From a virus, in the IMG/VR virus record IMGVR_UViG_3300028558_000018, positions 64,001 through 128,000 of that record: DNA of 64,000 bases. One strand, written 5' to 3'. The notes under the pieces are model-generated. The model was not told the DNA's origin. It saw only the letters and a list, made by a program, of their open reading frames with translations, and searched no databases. Shown piece after piece: positions 11,103 to 20,468 of this stretch. Position 1 is the first letter of the stretch, and every line of letters starts with the position of its first letter. The position numbers and the translations under genes were made by a program.

Positions 11103-11876
11103 TTAAATTCCTAATTCTTCCTCGATAGGCTTAAAATCTTCGCGAGTTTGCGGCGATGCGCTAAACCAATAAGCGATAATAGCTGAAAGTTTGTTTCTTA
11201 CATTGAAAAACAATTCATCTTTTTCTTCACCCAGACGTTCATATTCATCAAGTTTTTCTTCAAAAGTCGCGCCTTTAAACATAGGCTCAACCTTCCCATT
11301 AATTTCTTTATGAGTCAAAAACACAGTGAACCAATTAAGAATTCTATAAAATGCCTTTTGATCTGCGCTATGGTCGAAAATCGCGCTGCGTTGGGTTTCA
11401 AAATCAATAGTTGAATGTTTTAGAATAGAAAGTTCGGCGTAAAGTTTCGCGCCCGCGTCCTTTTCTTCTTCGGTCAATGTAGAAATATCTTTAGAATTAT
11501 AATGTTGAATTTCGCCAATTTTAATCGCCAATTCGGTTTGAAGCTTCACATAATAATCAGCGTCTTGTTTGGACAAATCTCCACCAAAATCATTATATTT
11601 TTTGGCAATTTGATTCTTGGTGTATAACCCTTGATCCATACAAAAATAGAGATATTTACTATATTCTAATTCGGCCTCTTCACGTTGTTTGCGAGTGGGT
11701 TTATAAATAAGAATCTTGACAGGAATTTTATCTTGGACTTTCGTTTTTACAGTAATTTCCGCCCCGTTTTCCATGCGGGTTTCTGATTTTTCTACTTCAT
11801 CAGTAATAGAAGATAGAAAATCATAGATAATTTTCTTTTGCGGGCCTTGCGGTGTTTCTAGGCTGGGAGGAGTCAT
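11103..11876 (-). CDS. Putative tail assembly chaperone
   Basis: 257 aa acidic helical protein between tail tube and tape measure. Confidence 0.55.
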   Translation of the reverse strand: MTPPSLETPQGPQKKIIYDFLSSITDEVEKSETRMENGAEITVKTKVQDKIPVKILIYKPTRKQREEAELEYSKYLYFCMDQGLYTKNQIAKKYNDFGGDLSKQDADYYVKLQTELAIKIGEIQHYNSKDISTLTEEEKDAGAKLYAELSILKHSTIDFETQRSAIFDHSADQKAFYRILNWFTVFLTHKEINGKVEPMFKGATFEEKLDEYERLGEEKDELFFNVRNKLSAIIAYWFSASPQTREDFKPIEEELGI

Positions 11877-11888
11877 TGTAGTATATTA

Positions 11889-12173
11889 TTAATTTTTAAA
11901 TTGAATGTCAAATTTATCTAATTCGTCTTGGAGATTTCTTGTCGCGGAACCCGCATGGTCGAGAACTCTTTTACGAAAATGTCCATAGGCTTCTTTATCG
12001 AAAAAATTAGCTTGGATGACTAGATTTTTATACTCGGGAGGAAGCGCGGAAAGGAGTTTATAAAATTGCTCATCATGTTGATATTGAATATCTTCAAGAA
12101 TTTCTAAAAATTGCACGGAAATCCCTTTTACATTTTTAATCGCGTTGAATTGTAAATAATCTTTTGCCTCCAT
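11889..12173 (-). CDS. Hypothetical protein (tail assembly region)
   Basis: 94 aa ORF with its own late promoter (12213-12238). Confidence 0.6.
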   Translation of the reverse strand: MEAKDYLQFNAIKNVKGISVQFLEILEDIQYQHDEQFYKLLSALPPEYKNLVIQANFFDKEAYGHFRKRVLDHAGSATRNLQDELDKFDIQFKN

Positions 12174-12253
12174 AATAATCCTTTGTTAACCCACCTTGTT
12201 CCTTAAAACTGATTAACCTAAATGATTATAAATGTGAAATTAAATTTAGGCAC

Positions 12254-12283
12254 AAAAAATCTCCCAGCGATTAACTAGGAGAA
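12254..12283 (-). terminator. Rho-independent terminator after the tail tube gene
   Basis: Minus strand TTCTCCTAG-ttaatcg-CTGGGAGA followed by TTTTTT. Confidence 0.75.
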
Positions 12284-12307
12284 TTTTATATCTAACTGAC
12301 TAACTAA

Positions 12308-13435
12308 TTAAGGATTTACCCCAGAGATATAGAATCCGTGGAGTGTATCGCTAGAACCACCGATAGGAGCACTAAACTGCATCGTGACAGTCTGGGCGGG
12401 GCCGACGCTTTCGGAGAATTCCGCTGAATCAAGTTGCGCGCCAACGAGTGTGTAAATCAGAATAGAATTACCAGTAGTAGAGTCACATTTCGGAAGGGTG
12501 GCCGAAACCTGTAGATTATAAGTGGAATTATCACAGAATAAAGAAGTAACAGAACCGTTGTTCAACTGATTGACAAGAGCATCAATCGAAAACGTAACGT
12601 TAATGGGGAAATTAATATTACGAGCATAGGCTTGTTTAGAACCTAAGCGTTGGAGAACTTCGAGAGAAATCGGGGCATTAATGGTGAACGATTGAATATT
12701 CGCGGCCCCGACACCAGTAACAGTTGCGCCAAGAGTCGTAGAAACTTGAGATAAATCAACAAATAAATCACCTTGGCGAATTGCAATAGGCTGATCAACC
12801 GTCCCAGAGGTAGCCAGAGGAATATTATAAGTATAACCAGTAATTTGCGCGCTAGTATTGTGATCAACGGCAGGAATAGCGTTGCCAGTTCCGCCCACAT
12901 CATAAGTGGCATTAAGAGCCTCCCAAGTGGTAGAAGCGGTCATGAAACCACCAACGGCAGCAGAAACGGAATAAGAAGAAAGGGCGGCATTACCGAAACC
13001 GCGAACGTCAACTACAGAATTACCAGAAAGGGTCGCTAAATCTGTGCCCTCGGCAACCGTAGGAATGAAGAAATTCTTTTCGGCTTGGGTGCGGTCGATG
13101 ATATGTTGAAGGGCGGAACCGTGGCCAGAGCCGGAGATATTAAGGCCGACCATTTTTTCCGCACTTCCGTCAGTTGCATAATAAGAATAGCTTAAGTTAA
13201 CGGTGGGCGATTGGGTCACAAGACGAGCAATGGGAGCGAGTTGGCCAAATTGCGTAATATTTGTGCGGTTGGCTTGAAATCCATCGCGAGTAGTTGTTAC
13301 GCGAGAAATCTGTTGGAGTAAGTTCGTCCCAGAGTTGCCAAGGCTAAAATGTGCGCCAGAAGCGTTCGCGCCACTTGGCCCCACCATGACCCCATTGATC
13401 TGATAAATTCTGCGGCTAAAAACAGGAGTAGACAT
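12308..13435 (-). CDS. Major tail tube protein
   Basis: 375 aa rich in S/T/G. High-expression codon bias, own promoter and terminator, located between neck genes and chaperones. No sheath gene is present. Confidence 0.8.
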   Translation of the reverse strand: MSTPVFSRRIYQINGVMVGPSGANASGAHFSLGNSGTNLLQQISRVTTTRDGFQANRTNITQFGQLAPIARLVTQSPTVNLSYSYYATDGSAEKMVGLNISGSGHGSALQHIIDRTQAEKNFFIPTVAEGTDLATLSGNSVVDVRGFGNAALSSYSVSAAVGGFMTASTTWEALNATYDVGGTGNAIPAVDHNTSAQITGYTYNIPLATSGTVDQPIAIRQGDLFVDLSQVSTTLGATVTGVGAANIQSFTINAPISLEVLQRLGSKQAYARNINFPINVTFSIDALVNQLNNGSVTSLFCDNSTYNLQVSATLPKCDSTTGNSILIYTLVGAQLDSAEFSESVGPAQTVTMQFSAPIGGSSDTLHGFYISGVNP

Positions 13436-13532
13436 AAATAGTAATTATTGATTATTAATTGAGATGTAGTTTGATAAATAATCATTACAACAATTTTGGG
13501 GGAAAGTGAAGTGTTAAAGGGTATTTTCTTTT

Positions 13533-14570
13533 TTATTGGCTCCTACGAGGATAGCGTTGCATGTTTATATCAAAATTTACAAACGCCACAAAGTAATTAT
13601 TAACATTATTGGTCTTTTCACTAACTTTACTCACATGGACTTTCTTCACCCAAGCCAAATTGTTCGCATAGCCAAATTGGGCTACATAATTATTATAATT
13701 GTAAACCCCGCTTAAATTATCCTTAATATCTCCATAAAAGTTCAATGGCATATAATCCAAGGGAATTAATGGAAACATTAAATTATTAGTATCTCTTAAC
13801 AGAGAAAGAACTCCATCTATTTGATATTGGTCTTTACAAATCAACATCACATTCGCGCTCATTTTGGTCAAATCTTGCCCGCCGAAAGTAAATGGCTCAT
13901 TATCTCCTTCTGAAAGCGATATAACTGAACACGGCGCGGCGTAAATATATGGAGATAAACCAGTTGCGGGCAAACCCACATTATTATCGTTGCCCATAAT
14001 TGATTCAAATACTATTTGTTGGTTAGACTCCGAAGTAATATAAGTGTTAAATTCCTTTTTCGCATAATTGCCACTAAATGCAGGAATTGTTTGAGAAGTT
14101 AAATCCAAATTAGTCGCATTGTAGAAATAATAAAACCCTTGCGATATTCCCGTAGTTGAAACTAATTGCCCGCCAGAATAAACATAAGTTGCGTTACAAT
14201 CTTGAACATAAGCGGGGGTTGTTCCACTATAAGAACCCGTAATATAATTATAAAGTTCCCCTGAAACGGCCAAATTAGAGAAAATTCTACCATTTTGATA
14301 ATCAAACATCAGCCCGCTAGTTCCTCTTCCAATAAATTGCTCGGTATTAATGGGGGCAACGCCACTTAAAACATTCGCGCCGGGAATACTAGAGTCGTAA
14401 ACTAATTGCTTATAAGGAGATGCGTAAGTTACATAACCGGGCAAACTTGCATCAGTTGAGGGATAAAAAATAGTGGTTTCATTAGAAAACGCCTCCCCCG
14501 TGGATAACAAATAATGGTCAAACCACAAATAAAATGAGCCAAGAAGAGTATGGGAAAAGGTTTGTTTCAC
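13533..14570 (-). CDS. Tail terminator/neck protein
   Basis: 345 aa, GTG start 7 nt after a late promoter; lies just before the tail tube. Confidence 0.55.
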   Translation of the reverse strand: MKQTFSHTLLGSFYLWFDHYLLSTGEAFSNETTIFYPSTDASLPGYVTYASPYKQLVYDSSIPGANVLSGVAPINTEQFIGRGTSGLMFDYQNGRIFSNLAVSGELYNYITGSYSGTTPAYVQDCNATYVYSGGQLVSTTGISQGFYYFYNATNLDLTSQTIPAFSGNYAKKEFNTYITSESNQQIVFESIMGNDNNVGLPATGLSPYIYAAPCSVISLSEGDNEPFTFGGQDLTKMSANVMLICKDQYQIDGVLSLLRDTNNLMFPLIPLDYMPLNFYGDIKDNLSGVYNYNNYVAQFGYANNLAWVKKVHVSKVSEKTNNVNNYFVAFVNFDINMQRYPRRSQ

Positions 14571-14586
14571 GATTTAATTACACTGA

Positions 14587-15219
14587 TTATTGTTGCCCGC
14601 GAATTTTTGCTTTCAGTTCGGCCAAGAACTCATTCACATAGGGAATTTTCACCCCATTAAAAGTTTCGCCGCGCACGTTGCCATTTTTAGATTGCAAGGC
14701 CATTTTTGACCTTGAATTAGCATTTTCACTATAATCTTTAAATATTGTCCGTTGGAAGCCCCCCACGCCACGTTTTACCATATCTAACCAACTTCTCCCT
14801 GTCCAACCCAAATGATTATATTGGACCGAAATTGATTCTAATTCATCAACGGTAATAACCCCCACTCGCGCCTCTACTCGATAAACCATTTTATCATTAG
14901 TATTACGTTTATTAATTGACATAATATTAATACCCTCTTCTAGGGCGTTCTTAATCGGCTCCGTGGGATCACCATCATCTTGATTAAACCCCATTAAGCC
15001 ATAAAGATTTCCATTTGTGAGAAATTGACTGCGAGTATCTGAGTTCCCCATTGAGGCTTCTGAGAGTTCTTGGGTAATGGGCGAATCTTCAAATTTTTTA
15101 ATTGCCTCTTGTTTATACTCTTCTATTTGTTTTTCGATTCTCCTTTTTGCCGTAGGATAAATACTTCTATCCACAGCTTTATCAATTTCTTTACGAAAAA
15201 CTGCAATATTAATGCCCAT
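14587..15219 (-). CDS. Neck/tail-completion protein
   Basis: 210 aa basic protein in the head-tail joining cluster. Confidence 0.5.
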   Translation of the reverse strand: MGINIAVFRKEIDKAVDRSIYPTAKRRIEKQIEEYKQEAIKKFEDSPITQELSEASMGNSDTRSQFLTNGNLYGLMGFNQDDGDPTEPIKNALEEGINIMSINKRNTNDKMVYRVEARVGVITVDELESISVQYNHLGWTGRSWLDMVKRGVGGFQRTIFKDYSENANSRSKMALQSKNGNVRGETFNGVKIPYVNEFLAELKAKIRGQQ

Positions 15220-15221
15220 TT

Positions 15222-15680
15222 TTAATTAACGGCCTTGAGATAAAAATTATAAAACTGATAGCTAACTACGCCATGAGGCCGAGGATCAGATTCGATTTGA
15301 TAAAACGAATCATTAAAATAGATTTTTTTACAATTATTTAACACGGGAAGGGCATCGCCGCTACAAATAATTTTAACCAAATAATCTTTTTTACGCAGGT
15401 TGGTTTGATTAGAAGATTTTGTCCCACCCTCCGTAAAATCGTTAATCTTTTCGTCTTTCGGATAATGAATTCTTAAATTATATATTCCGCTATTAACAAC
15501 TTCTTGAATTTGCGTTTGGTTCGGACCGCTATTATAGAGAAAATTATGATTGGGGTTAGTGCTAATTACTGTCTTTTGAGAGGTTTGATAAATTATCACG
15601 GGTTTGGCCCATGTTTCATGAACCAACGCCATTGTATTCCTAAAATCTGTTTCGTCCGCGCTTGAAATAAATCCCGCCAT
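15222..15680 (-). CDS. Head-closure (stopper)-like protein
   Basis: 152 aa, C-terminal beta pattern (KIYFNDSFYQIESDPRPHG...FYLKAV) typical of head-closure proteins; synteny. Confidence 0.55.
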   Translation of the reverse strand: MAGFISSADETDFRNTMALVHETWAKPVIIYQTSQKTVISTNPNHNFLYNSGPNQTQIQEVVNSGIYNLRIHYPKDEKINDFTEGGTKSSNQTNLRKKDYLVKIICSGDALPVLNNCKKIYFNDSFYQIESDPRPHGVVSYQFYNFYLKAVN

Positions 15681-15682
15681 AA

Positions 15683-16183
15683 TTAGTGTAAATAAGTTCT
15701 ATCTTGATTAATAGTGCCGTCAGAACCCCAGAGAATAACTTCGGTTGGTGAACCCATATCAATAACGACTGTTTTTGCGTTATTGCGCTGATACGCAAAT
15801 ATCATATTATCAAGATTCTTTTGCGCTTCTTTACGTAAATTAATAAAAGTTTTAGCAATTTCATTGGGCGAAAGACGCTTCACGGCACTTACGTCATCTT
15901 TGATTTCTGTCCAAAGAGACACCCCCGCTGCGCCCAAAAATGAACTAGCTTGACGATCATAATATTGAACTTTGTAAAGTTCTTTATAAATATCACTTTC
16001 TTCTGCGCCTAAACATGGGTCAATACCTGTGCCGCCGATACCGCTATAAGAAGTAATAATAGCGTTATTAAGTTTGCCGATATTGTTAATATACCAACCG
16101 GAAATATAGCCGATGGAGATTGCGGTAGGTTGACCAATTTCGTCCCAGCTACCAGAGGCTAAATTATATAGATCGCAAGACAT
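15683..16183 (-). CDS. Head-tail adaptor-like protein
   Basis: 166 aa; first of the neck genes; has a late promoter. Confidence 0.5.
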   Translation of the reverse strand: MSCDLYNLASGSWDEIGQPTAISIGYISGWYINNIGKLNNAIITSYSGIGGTGIDPCLGAEESDIYKELYKVQYYDRQASSFLGAAGVSLWTEIKDDVSAVKRLSPNEIAKTFINLRKEAQKNLDNMIFAYQRNNAKTVVIDMGSPTEVILWGSDGTINQDRTYLH

Positions 16184-16198
16184 ATCAAATATTACACG

Positions 16199-16239
16199 AA
16201 AAAGGGCTAAATTAGAAATTTACTCTCTAAAATAGCCCC
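16199..16239 (-). terminator. Terminator overlapping a late promoter
   Basis: Minus strand GGGGCTA...TAGCCC followed by TTTTT. Confidence 0.55.
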
Positions 16240-16258
16240 CGTTGATGTTAACGAATAA

Positions 16259-16684
16259 TTATCGTGAGCGACTCAAGATATCATTAACTTTCTTCTGCAA
16301 CTCGGGATCGTTTTTAATATGGTCGTAATTAGTTTGAGGAATAACCGCACCGCTATATTCACTTGTCTTAAGTTTAAATTCACGGAGTAGCTTATCAATC
16401 ATGAGACTCCGATTATCAGTAGGTAAAATTCCAATATCATAACTATGACCCTGTAAATCCGCAAGATTCATTTCGCGAAGGAAGGCTTCATAAACTTTAA
16501 TATCATTGGTTTTATATGTGCGGTCTTTCATTCCGCAAATTTCGTAAACGGTTTTATATTTGCCGTAAGGATTGGCGGCGGTAGGGTCAAACGGAGCCGT
16601 GTCGATTAGCCCCGATGAATCAATTTTTGCCTGTCCATCGGCTGCGGTTAGTTCTTCAAATTTTACTTTAGATTTTTTAGCCAT
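16259..16684 (-). CDS. Hypothetical head-associated protein
   Basis: 141 aa between the capsid and neck genes. Confidence 0.6.
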   Translation of the reverse strand: MAKKSKVKFEELTAADGQAKIDSSGLIDTAPFDPTAANPYGKYKTVYEICGMKDRTYKTNDIKVYEAFLREMNLADLQGHSYDIGILPTDNRSLMIDKLLREFKLKTSEYSGAVIPQTNYDHIKNDPELQKKVNDILSRSR

Positions 16685-16686
16685 AA

Positions 16687-17844
16687 TTAGGTGTTGTTAA
16701 AGGAGAGTAACCCATTTTTGTTATATTGGGAAATTTTTTCTTCGAAAAGATGACGATTTTGAGTTATATAAGAGATATTTTTCTCTAAAGACTCTTGGGT
16801 TAGCATATATTTTTCGATAGATTCTTGTTCTTTGATATAATTTCTTGCGTTATCCCATTTACGATTTAATAGGAGGATTTTATCTTGGAGTTTGAGGACT
16901 TCTTGGGCGATGATTACGGCACGAGAACCGCCGATATGATAAGTAACCGCCGAACCTCTTTTCCCAGTTTCAGAAACAAAAATATTAGATAAGGCTTTCG
17001 AGCTATATGGGGCGATTAAATCACACATAAATTTAACCCACTCACAAATTTCTTTAGTCCCCGTAATATTTATATCTAAAAATTTTCCCATTTTAGACTT
17101 TGGAGATTTTAATAGGGATACACTTCCGTCCCCGTTAATCAATCCAGCAAGATATGCCAAGCATTGTTCATAGTTTTTTATATTTGGACATTTTAAAATT
17201 AGACTTTTATTAGGAATAATATTCCAATTTTTAGAGAGAGGTTCGATATATTCGGGACAGGATACTTGAAGAATAGAATATTTTGCTACTCTAGCCGGAT
17301 ATTGATATTCGGGATGAACTTTTACTTCTATTACCCGATCAACAACGGAAATTGGCCCAGAATATCCAATGCTATCGCGTATTTTACATAAAAAATCATG
17401 ATCTTTATTAGCTAATTTTATAGTTAGCCTATTTTTATAAACGTTCCCATCAGCAGCAATAAACCCCGCAATAGAGCAATTTTCCAAATTAGGCTCATCA
17501 AAATATTCTCGATTTTTGTTATATTCAATTTGTTTATATAGTCCCATTTTGTTTGCCTGAATAACAACTTGGCTACGGTGCCGCCCAGCTTTTAATAAAT
17601 GAATAAAATCTTCCACTTTATCAGCTTTTTGATATTTTTCTTTAATAATATCTAATTCCCATTGTTCATAAGGAATATTTTTCGCTATTGTGATACCTAA
17701 TTCAGCACGCTTCCTACTTAACTGTTCGATAGAATGCAAGGGAAAATGATCCTTTTGAATTTGGCTAATCTTTTTAGAATTACCAATTTGTTTAAGTAGT
17801 TCAATTTCGTTTTGGCTCCAATATATTTTGTGACCTGTTGGCAT
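16687..17844 (-). CDS. Free-standing LAGLIDADG homing endonuclease
   Basis: Two motifs, IAGFIAADGNV and YLAGLINGDGSV, plus LNRKW. N-terminal Myb/SANT-like repeats (WSQNEIELLK, YEQWELDIIK). Very AT-rich. Confidence 0.88.
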   Translation of the reverse strand: MPTGHKIYWSQNEIELLKQIGNSKKISQIQKDHFPLHSIEQLSRKRAELGITIAKNIPYEQWELDIIKEKYQKADKVEDFIHLLKAGRHRSQVVIQANKMGLYKQIEYNKNREYFDEPNLENCSIAGFIAADGNVYKNRLTIKLANKDHDFLCKIRDSIGYSGPISVVDRVIEVKVHPEYQYPARVAKYSILQVSCPEYIEPLSKNWNIIPNKSLILKCPNIKNYEQCLAYLAGLINGDGSVSLLKSPKSKMGKFLDINITGTKEICEWVKFMCDLIAPYSSKALSNIFVSETGKRGSAVTYHIGGSRAVIIAQEVLKLQDKILLLNRKWDNARNYIKEQESIEKYMLTQESLEKNISYITQNRHLFEEKISQYNKNGLLSFNNT

Positions 17845-17911
17845 AGCAATATACTATACGCGATTTGGAGACTCATGTGAACTATCGTGACTACTATTTT
17901 AAGAGAAAAAT

Positions 17912-17943
17912 AAAAAACCCCGAAGATTTCTCCTCGGGGTTTT
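17912..17943 (-). terminator. Rho-independent terminator after the major capsid gene
   Basis: Minus strand AAACCCCGAGGA-gaaa-TCTTCGGGGTTTTTT. Confidence 0.85.
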
Positions 17944-17965
17944 GATTTACTTACCTAAGTTGTTC

Positions 17966-19087
17966 TTAGATAATCAGACCTGTAAGCTCTCTAGCGTCAC
18001 TACAGACAAAACCTTCATTAACAGAGGCATAGAAGCCGATTTTCTTCTGACGTTCCGCGAAGGAATTATCGGGAGTAACAACAACTTCGGAGTTGGTGTC
18101 GCTATCGGTAGCAACGGGACGGAACAGACCTTCAATGTTAGCGTTAAAAGCAATGCTAATTTGCTCGGTAGCAGGATTGAAGGCGGTCGTGCCCGCGCCA
18201 GTAGCATCAGGGAACGCGGTAGAACCAGCAAGCGCGCCGAACAGAGTGTTGTATTTGTAACCAACACCAAGCTCTTGCATCTGCATGATGTTCACTCCGT
18301 AGAAGCTAGGAACGCCAGCGGATTTGTAAACCTCTTGACGAAGGGCGTCATGAGCAGGGATATTCGTAACGGTGCCGATGGTGTTCATGGGCTGGAAGGC
18401 GAAACCACGCAGCTTGCGGACAATCTCAGGAGAAACCGCGAGGTCCGTAACGCTATCAGCAGACCAAGTAGGAGTGCCGCCAGCGAATGAACTCAGAATA
18501 CGGGAGCTAAGATTGAACAGAGCAAGGAAGTCATCAAGAACAATCGTGCCAGCGGTGCCAGAACGAATAACGTGTTTCTTAGCGACACCGTTGACAGGGG
18601 TTGAAGCCTGAGCAAGAGCGGCAAGAAGAACAGTCGCGGCGTTGAATTCTTTCTTAACGAGGAATTCCTGAGCCATTTTGTTCAACGAACGAGCGACAAT
18701 ATCAATACGACCCTGAGCGGCGAATTTCTTGAGGAAAGCAACCGCGCTGTAGAGGTCATAAGTGGTGAATTTCAACTCTTGGAAACCATGCACTTCGTTA
18801 GTAGGCAGACCGCCGGGGGTTGACTGTGACCAAACGCGGACATAATCAGTATCGCGAATGTCATAGAAAAGGTCAAGCGGGATGGAGGGCATACCATACT
18901 CGGGGAAAGGCAGCGGGTTGAACATGTTAGAAACAACCGGAGCCTGATTAATCACCTGTTGGATGATCGGGCCGACTGAAGCGGCGAAAGCCTGTTGAGC
19001 TTGACCCGCTTTGATCGGGTCTTTAGAAGCCATTGCTTTGATAAGCTCGATTTGCTCAACATTATTTTCTAGAACGATTTTATTCAT
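17966..19087 (-). CDS. Major capsid protein (HK97 fold)
   Basis: 373 aa with the strongest codon bias in the late region, followed by a terminator. Order is portal, protease/scaffold, decoration, MCP. Confidence 0.9.
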   Translation of the reverse strand: MNKIVLENNVEQIELIKAMASKDPIKAGQAQQAFAASVGPIIQQVINQAPVVSNMFNPLPFPEYGMPSIPLDLFYDIRDTDYVRVWSQSTPGGLPTNEVHGFQELKFTTYDLYSAVAFLKKFAAQGRIDIVARSLNKMAQEFLVKKEFNAATVLLAALAQASTPVNGVAKKHVIRSGTAGTIVLDDFLALFNLSSRILSSFAGGTPTWSADSVTDLAVSPEIVRKLRGFAFQPMNTIGTVTNIPAHDALRQEVYKSAGVPSFYGVNIMQMQELGVGYKYNTLFGALAGSTAFPDATGAGTTAFNPATEQISIAFNANIEGLFRPVATDSDTNSEVVVTPDNSFAERQKKIGFYASVNEGFVCSDARELTGLII

Positions 19088-19129
19088 AATAATTATTTTT
19101 TAAAGGTTTTGTTAATAGTAAAAATCGTA

Positions 19130-19723
19130 TTAGAGTTCCAGTTTGAAGAAAGCGGAACCGCCAAGTTTGGAACCTGAGCTAGAGATAAACTTACCAACGA
19201 TTTGATTCGTGGCGTAACCAGTAGCAGCACCAGTGACTTGCGTAGGAGCGAGGGCGCGGATAATACCGTTGCCACCGTTATCAATTACGCCGACATAACC
19301 GGGGAGAGGAATGCCAACGTAAGCAGCGGAGGCGAGTTGGAGAATACCGCGAGTAAGGACCGGAACGGTTTGGCCGGAAACGATACAATTAAGTTTCTCA
19401 ATAAGCTGCGGGTGGAAAATCAGCTTTTCGCCGTTTTCGTCATACTCGCGAGTGTCCTTAAGAGTAATACCGAGAGCGGCATACTTGGTGTCGCCAGAGG
19501 CGGAAGGGGTAACGCGGGCAGTAGTGGCATAACGAACGCTATAAACATTCGGGTAAGTATTGCCGGGGGCGATATTGGTGTAACCGTCGCCAGAATCAGG
19601 CGCGAAGTTAACAATAGAAACAAGTTCGCCAGCTTGACCAGTATTAGAGTGGGCAAAAAGGGAGACTACATCGGTTTCGTTATATGAACGATAAGGAAAC
19701 AGTTTGTTGATAATAGTAGGCAT
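19130..19723 (-). CDS. Capsid decoration/cement protein
   Basis: 197 aa rich in G/A/T (LGITL...SGQTVPVLTRG...VGKFIS), directly before MCP; high-expression codons. Confidence 0.7.
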   Translation of the reverse strand: MPTIINKLFPYRSYNETDVVSLFAHSNTGQAGELVSIVNFAPDSGDGYTNIAPGNTYPNVYSVRYATTARVTPSASGDTKYAALGITLKDTREYDENGEKLIFHPQLIEKLNCIVSGQTVPVLTRGILQLASAAYVGIPLPGYVGVIDNGGNGIIRALAPTQVTGAATGYATNQIVGKFISSSGSKLGGSAFFKLEL

Positions 19724-19772
19724 AGGAGGTAAGCTTTAGCTTATTTTGATTTTTGTTTTGTTAAGGTTAAAA

Positions 19773-20468
19773 TTATTTACGATTCGGCGCAGCGATTTTG
19801 ATTCCCTTTGTGAAGGTTTCAGTCATACTAGCGAGAACGTTCTTATTAACGGAAAGTCCGTTGGTGAGAGTGATATTTTCGAGAGTTGCACTTGCAAGTG
19901 CCTCTTCAGCAATTTGTTCGGGAGTTTTGCCATTCAGTTTTTCGGCAGAAGCAAGAGCAGAAGCGTGTTCTTTAAGGAACTCTTCTTTCATTTTTTTCTT
20001 GGCTTCGTCTTTGTAAGCTTTGGATTTCTCCTTACACATAACAGCAAACTCTTTCTTAAATGAAGCGTAAGATTCATCATCGGCTTTAATCTCTTTGATT
20101 TTTGAGGCCAAAACTTGGCGGTCATCGTCATCAAGATCATACTCAGAATCAATATCAGCCATACGCTCGTTATAAACTTCGGCCTTTACTTTATTGAGTT
20201 TTTCGTTTTCGATATCTTGTAACTTAGCTTGAGTTTCGTTAAGTTGTTTTTGGACAGCTTGAACTTGCTCAAGGGCGGCTTTTGACTCGGTTTGGACTTT
20301 AGCAAGGGCTTCGTCTTTTTCAACCAGTTGCTTGCGCCATTGTTCGTCAGCGGCGCGAATACCACTTTTGAAAAGTTCGTCAATCTCGTTTTTAGCGGCA
20401 GTAGCTTCTAAAAGTTTGAAAGAGTCCCAATTAGCGGCGATATCTTCAATTTTAAGGATGGTAGGCAT
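19773..20468 (-). CDS. Nested in-frame scaffold protein (MPTILKIED..., 231 aa)
   Basis: Internal ATG at 20468, preceded by a consensus late promoter at 20489-20514; codon bias shifts after this point. Confidence 0.65.
   Translation of the reverse strand: MPTILKIEDIAANWDSFKLLEATAAKNEIDELFKSGIRAADEQWRKQLVEKDEALAKVQTESKAALEQVQAVQKQLNETQAKLQDIENEKLNKVKAEVYNERMADIDSEYDLDDDDRQVLASKIKEIKADDESYASFKKEFAVMCKEKSKAYKDEAKKKMKEEFLKEHASALASAEKLNGKTPEQIAEEALASATLENITLTNGLSVNKNVLASMTETFTKGIKIAAPNRK

Noticed and set aside
10092-11876. Programmed frameshift between the tail chaperone genes
   Set aside because: The ORFs are separate with their own ATGs, and I saw no convincing slippery heptamer near the first stop
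16687-17965. Group I intron or intein hosting the LAGLIDADG ORF (likewise the HNH next to terL)
   Set aside because: Flanking genes look complete, the intergenic space is too short for an intron core, and there are no intein splice motifs
17942-19687. Long plus-strand ORFs (17942..18490, 19202..19687) opposite the capsid and decoration genes
   Set aside because: Antisense shadows caused by the biased codon use of highly expressed genes; no promoter or protein motifs
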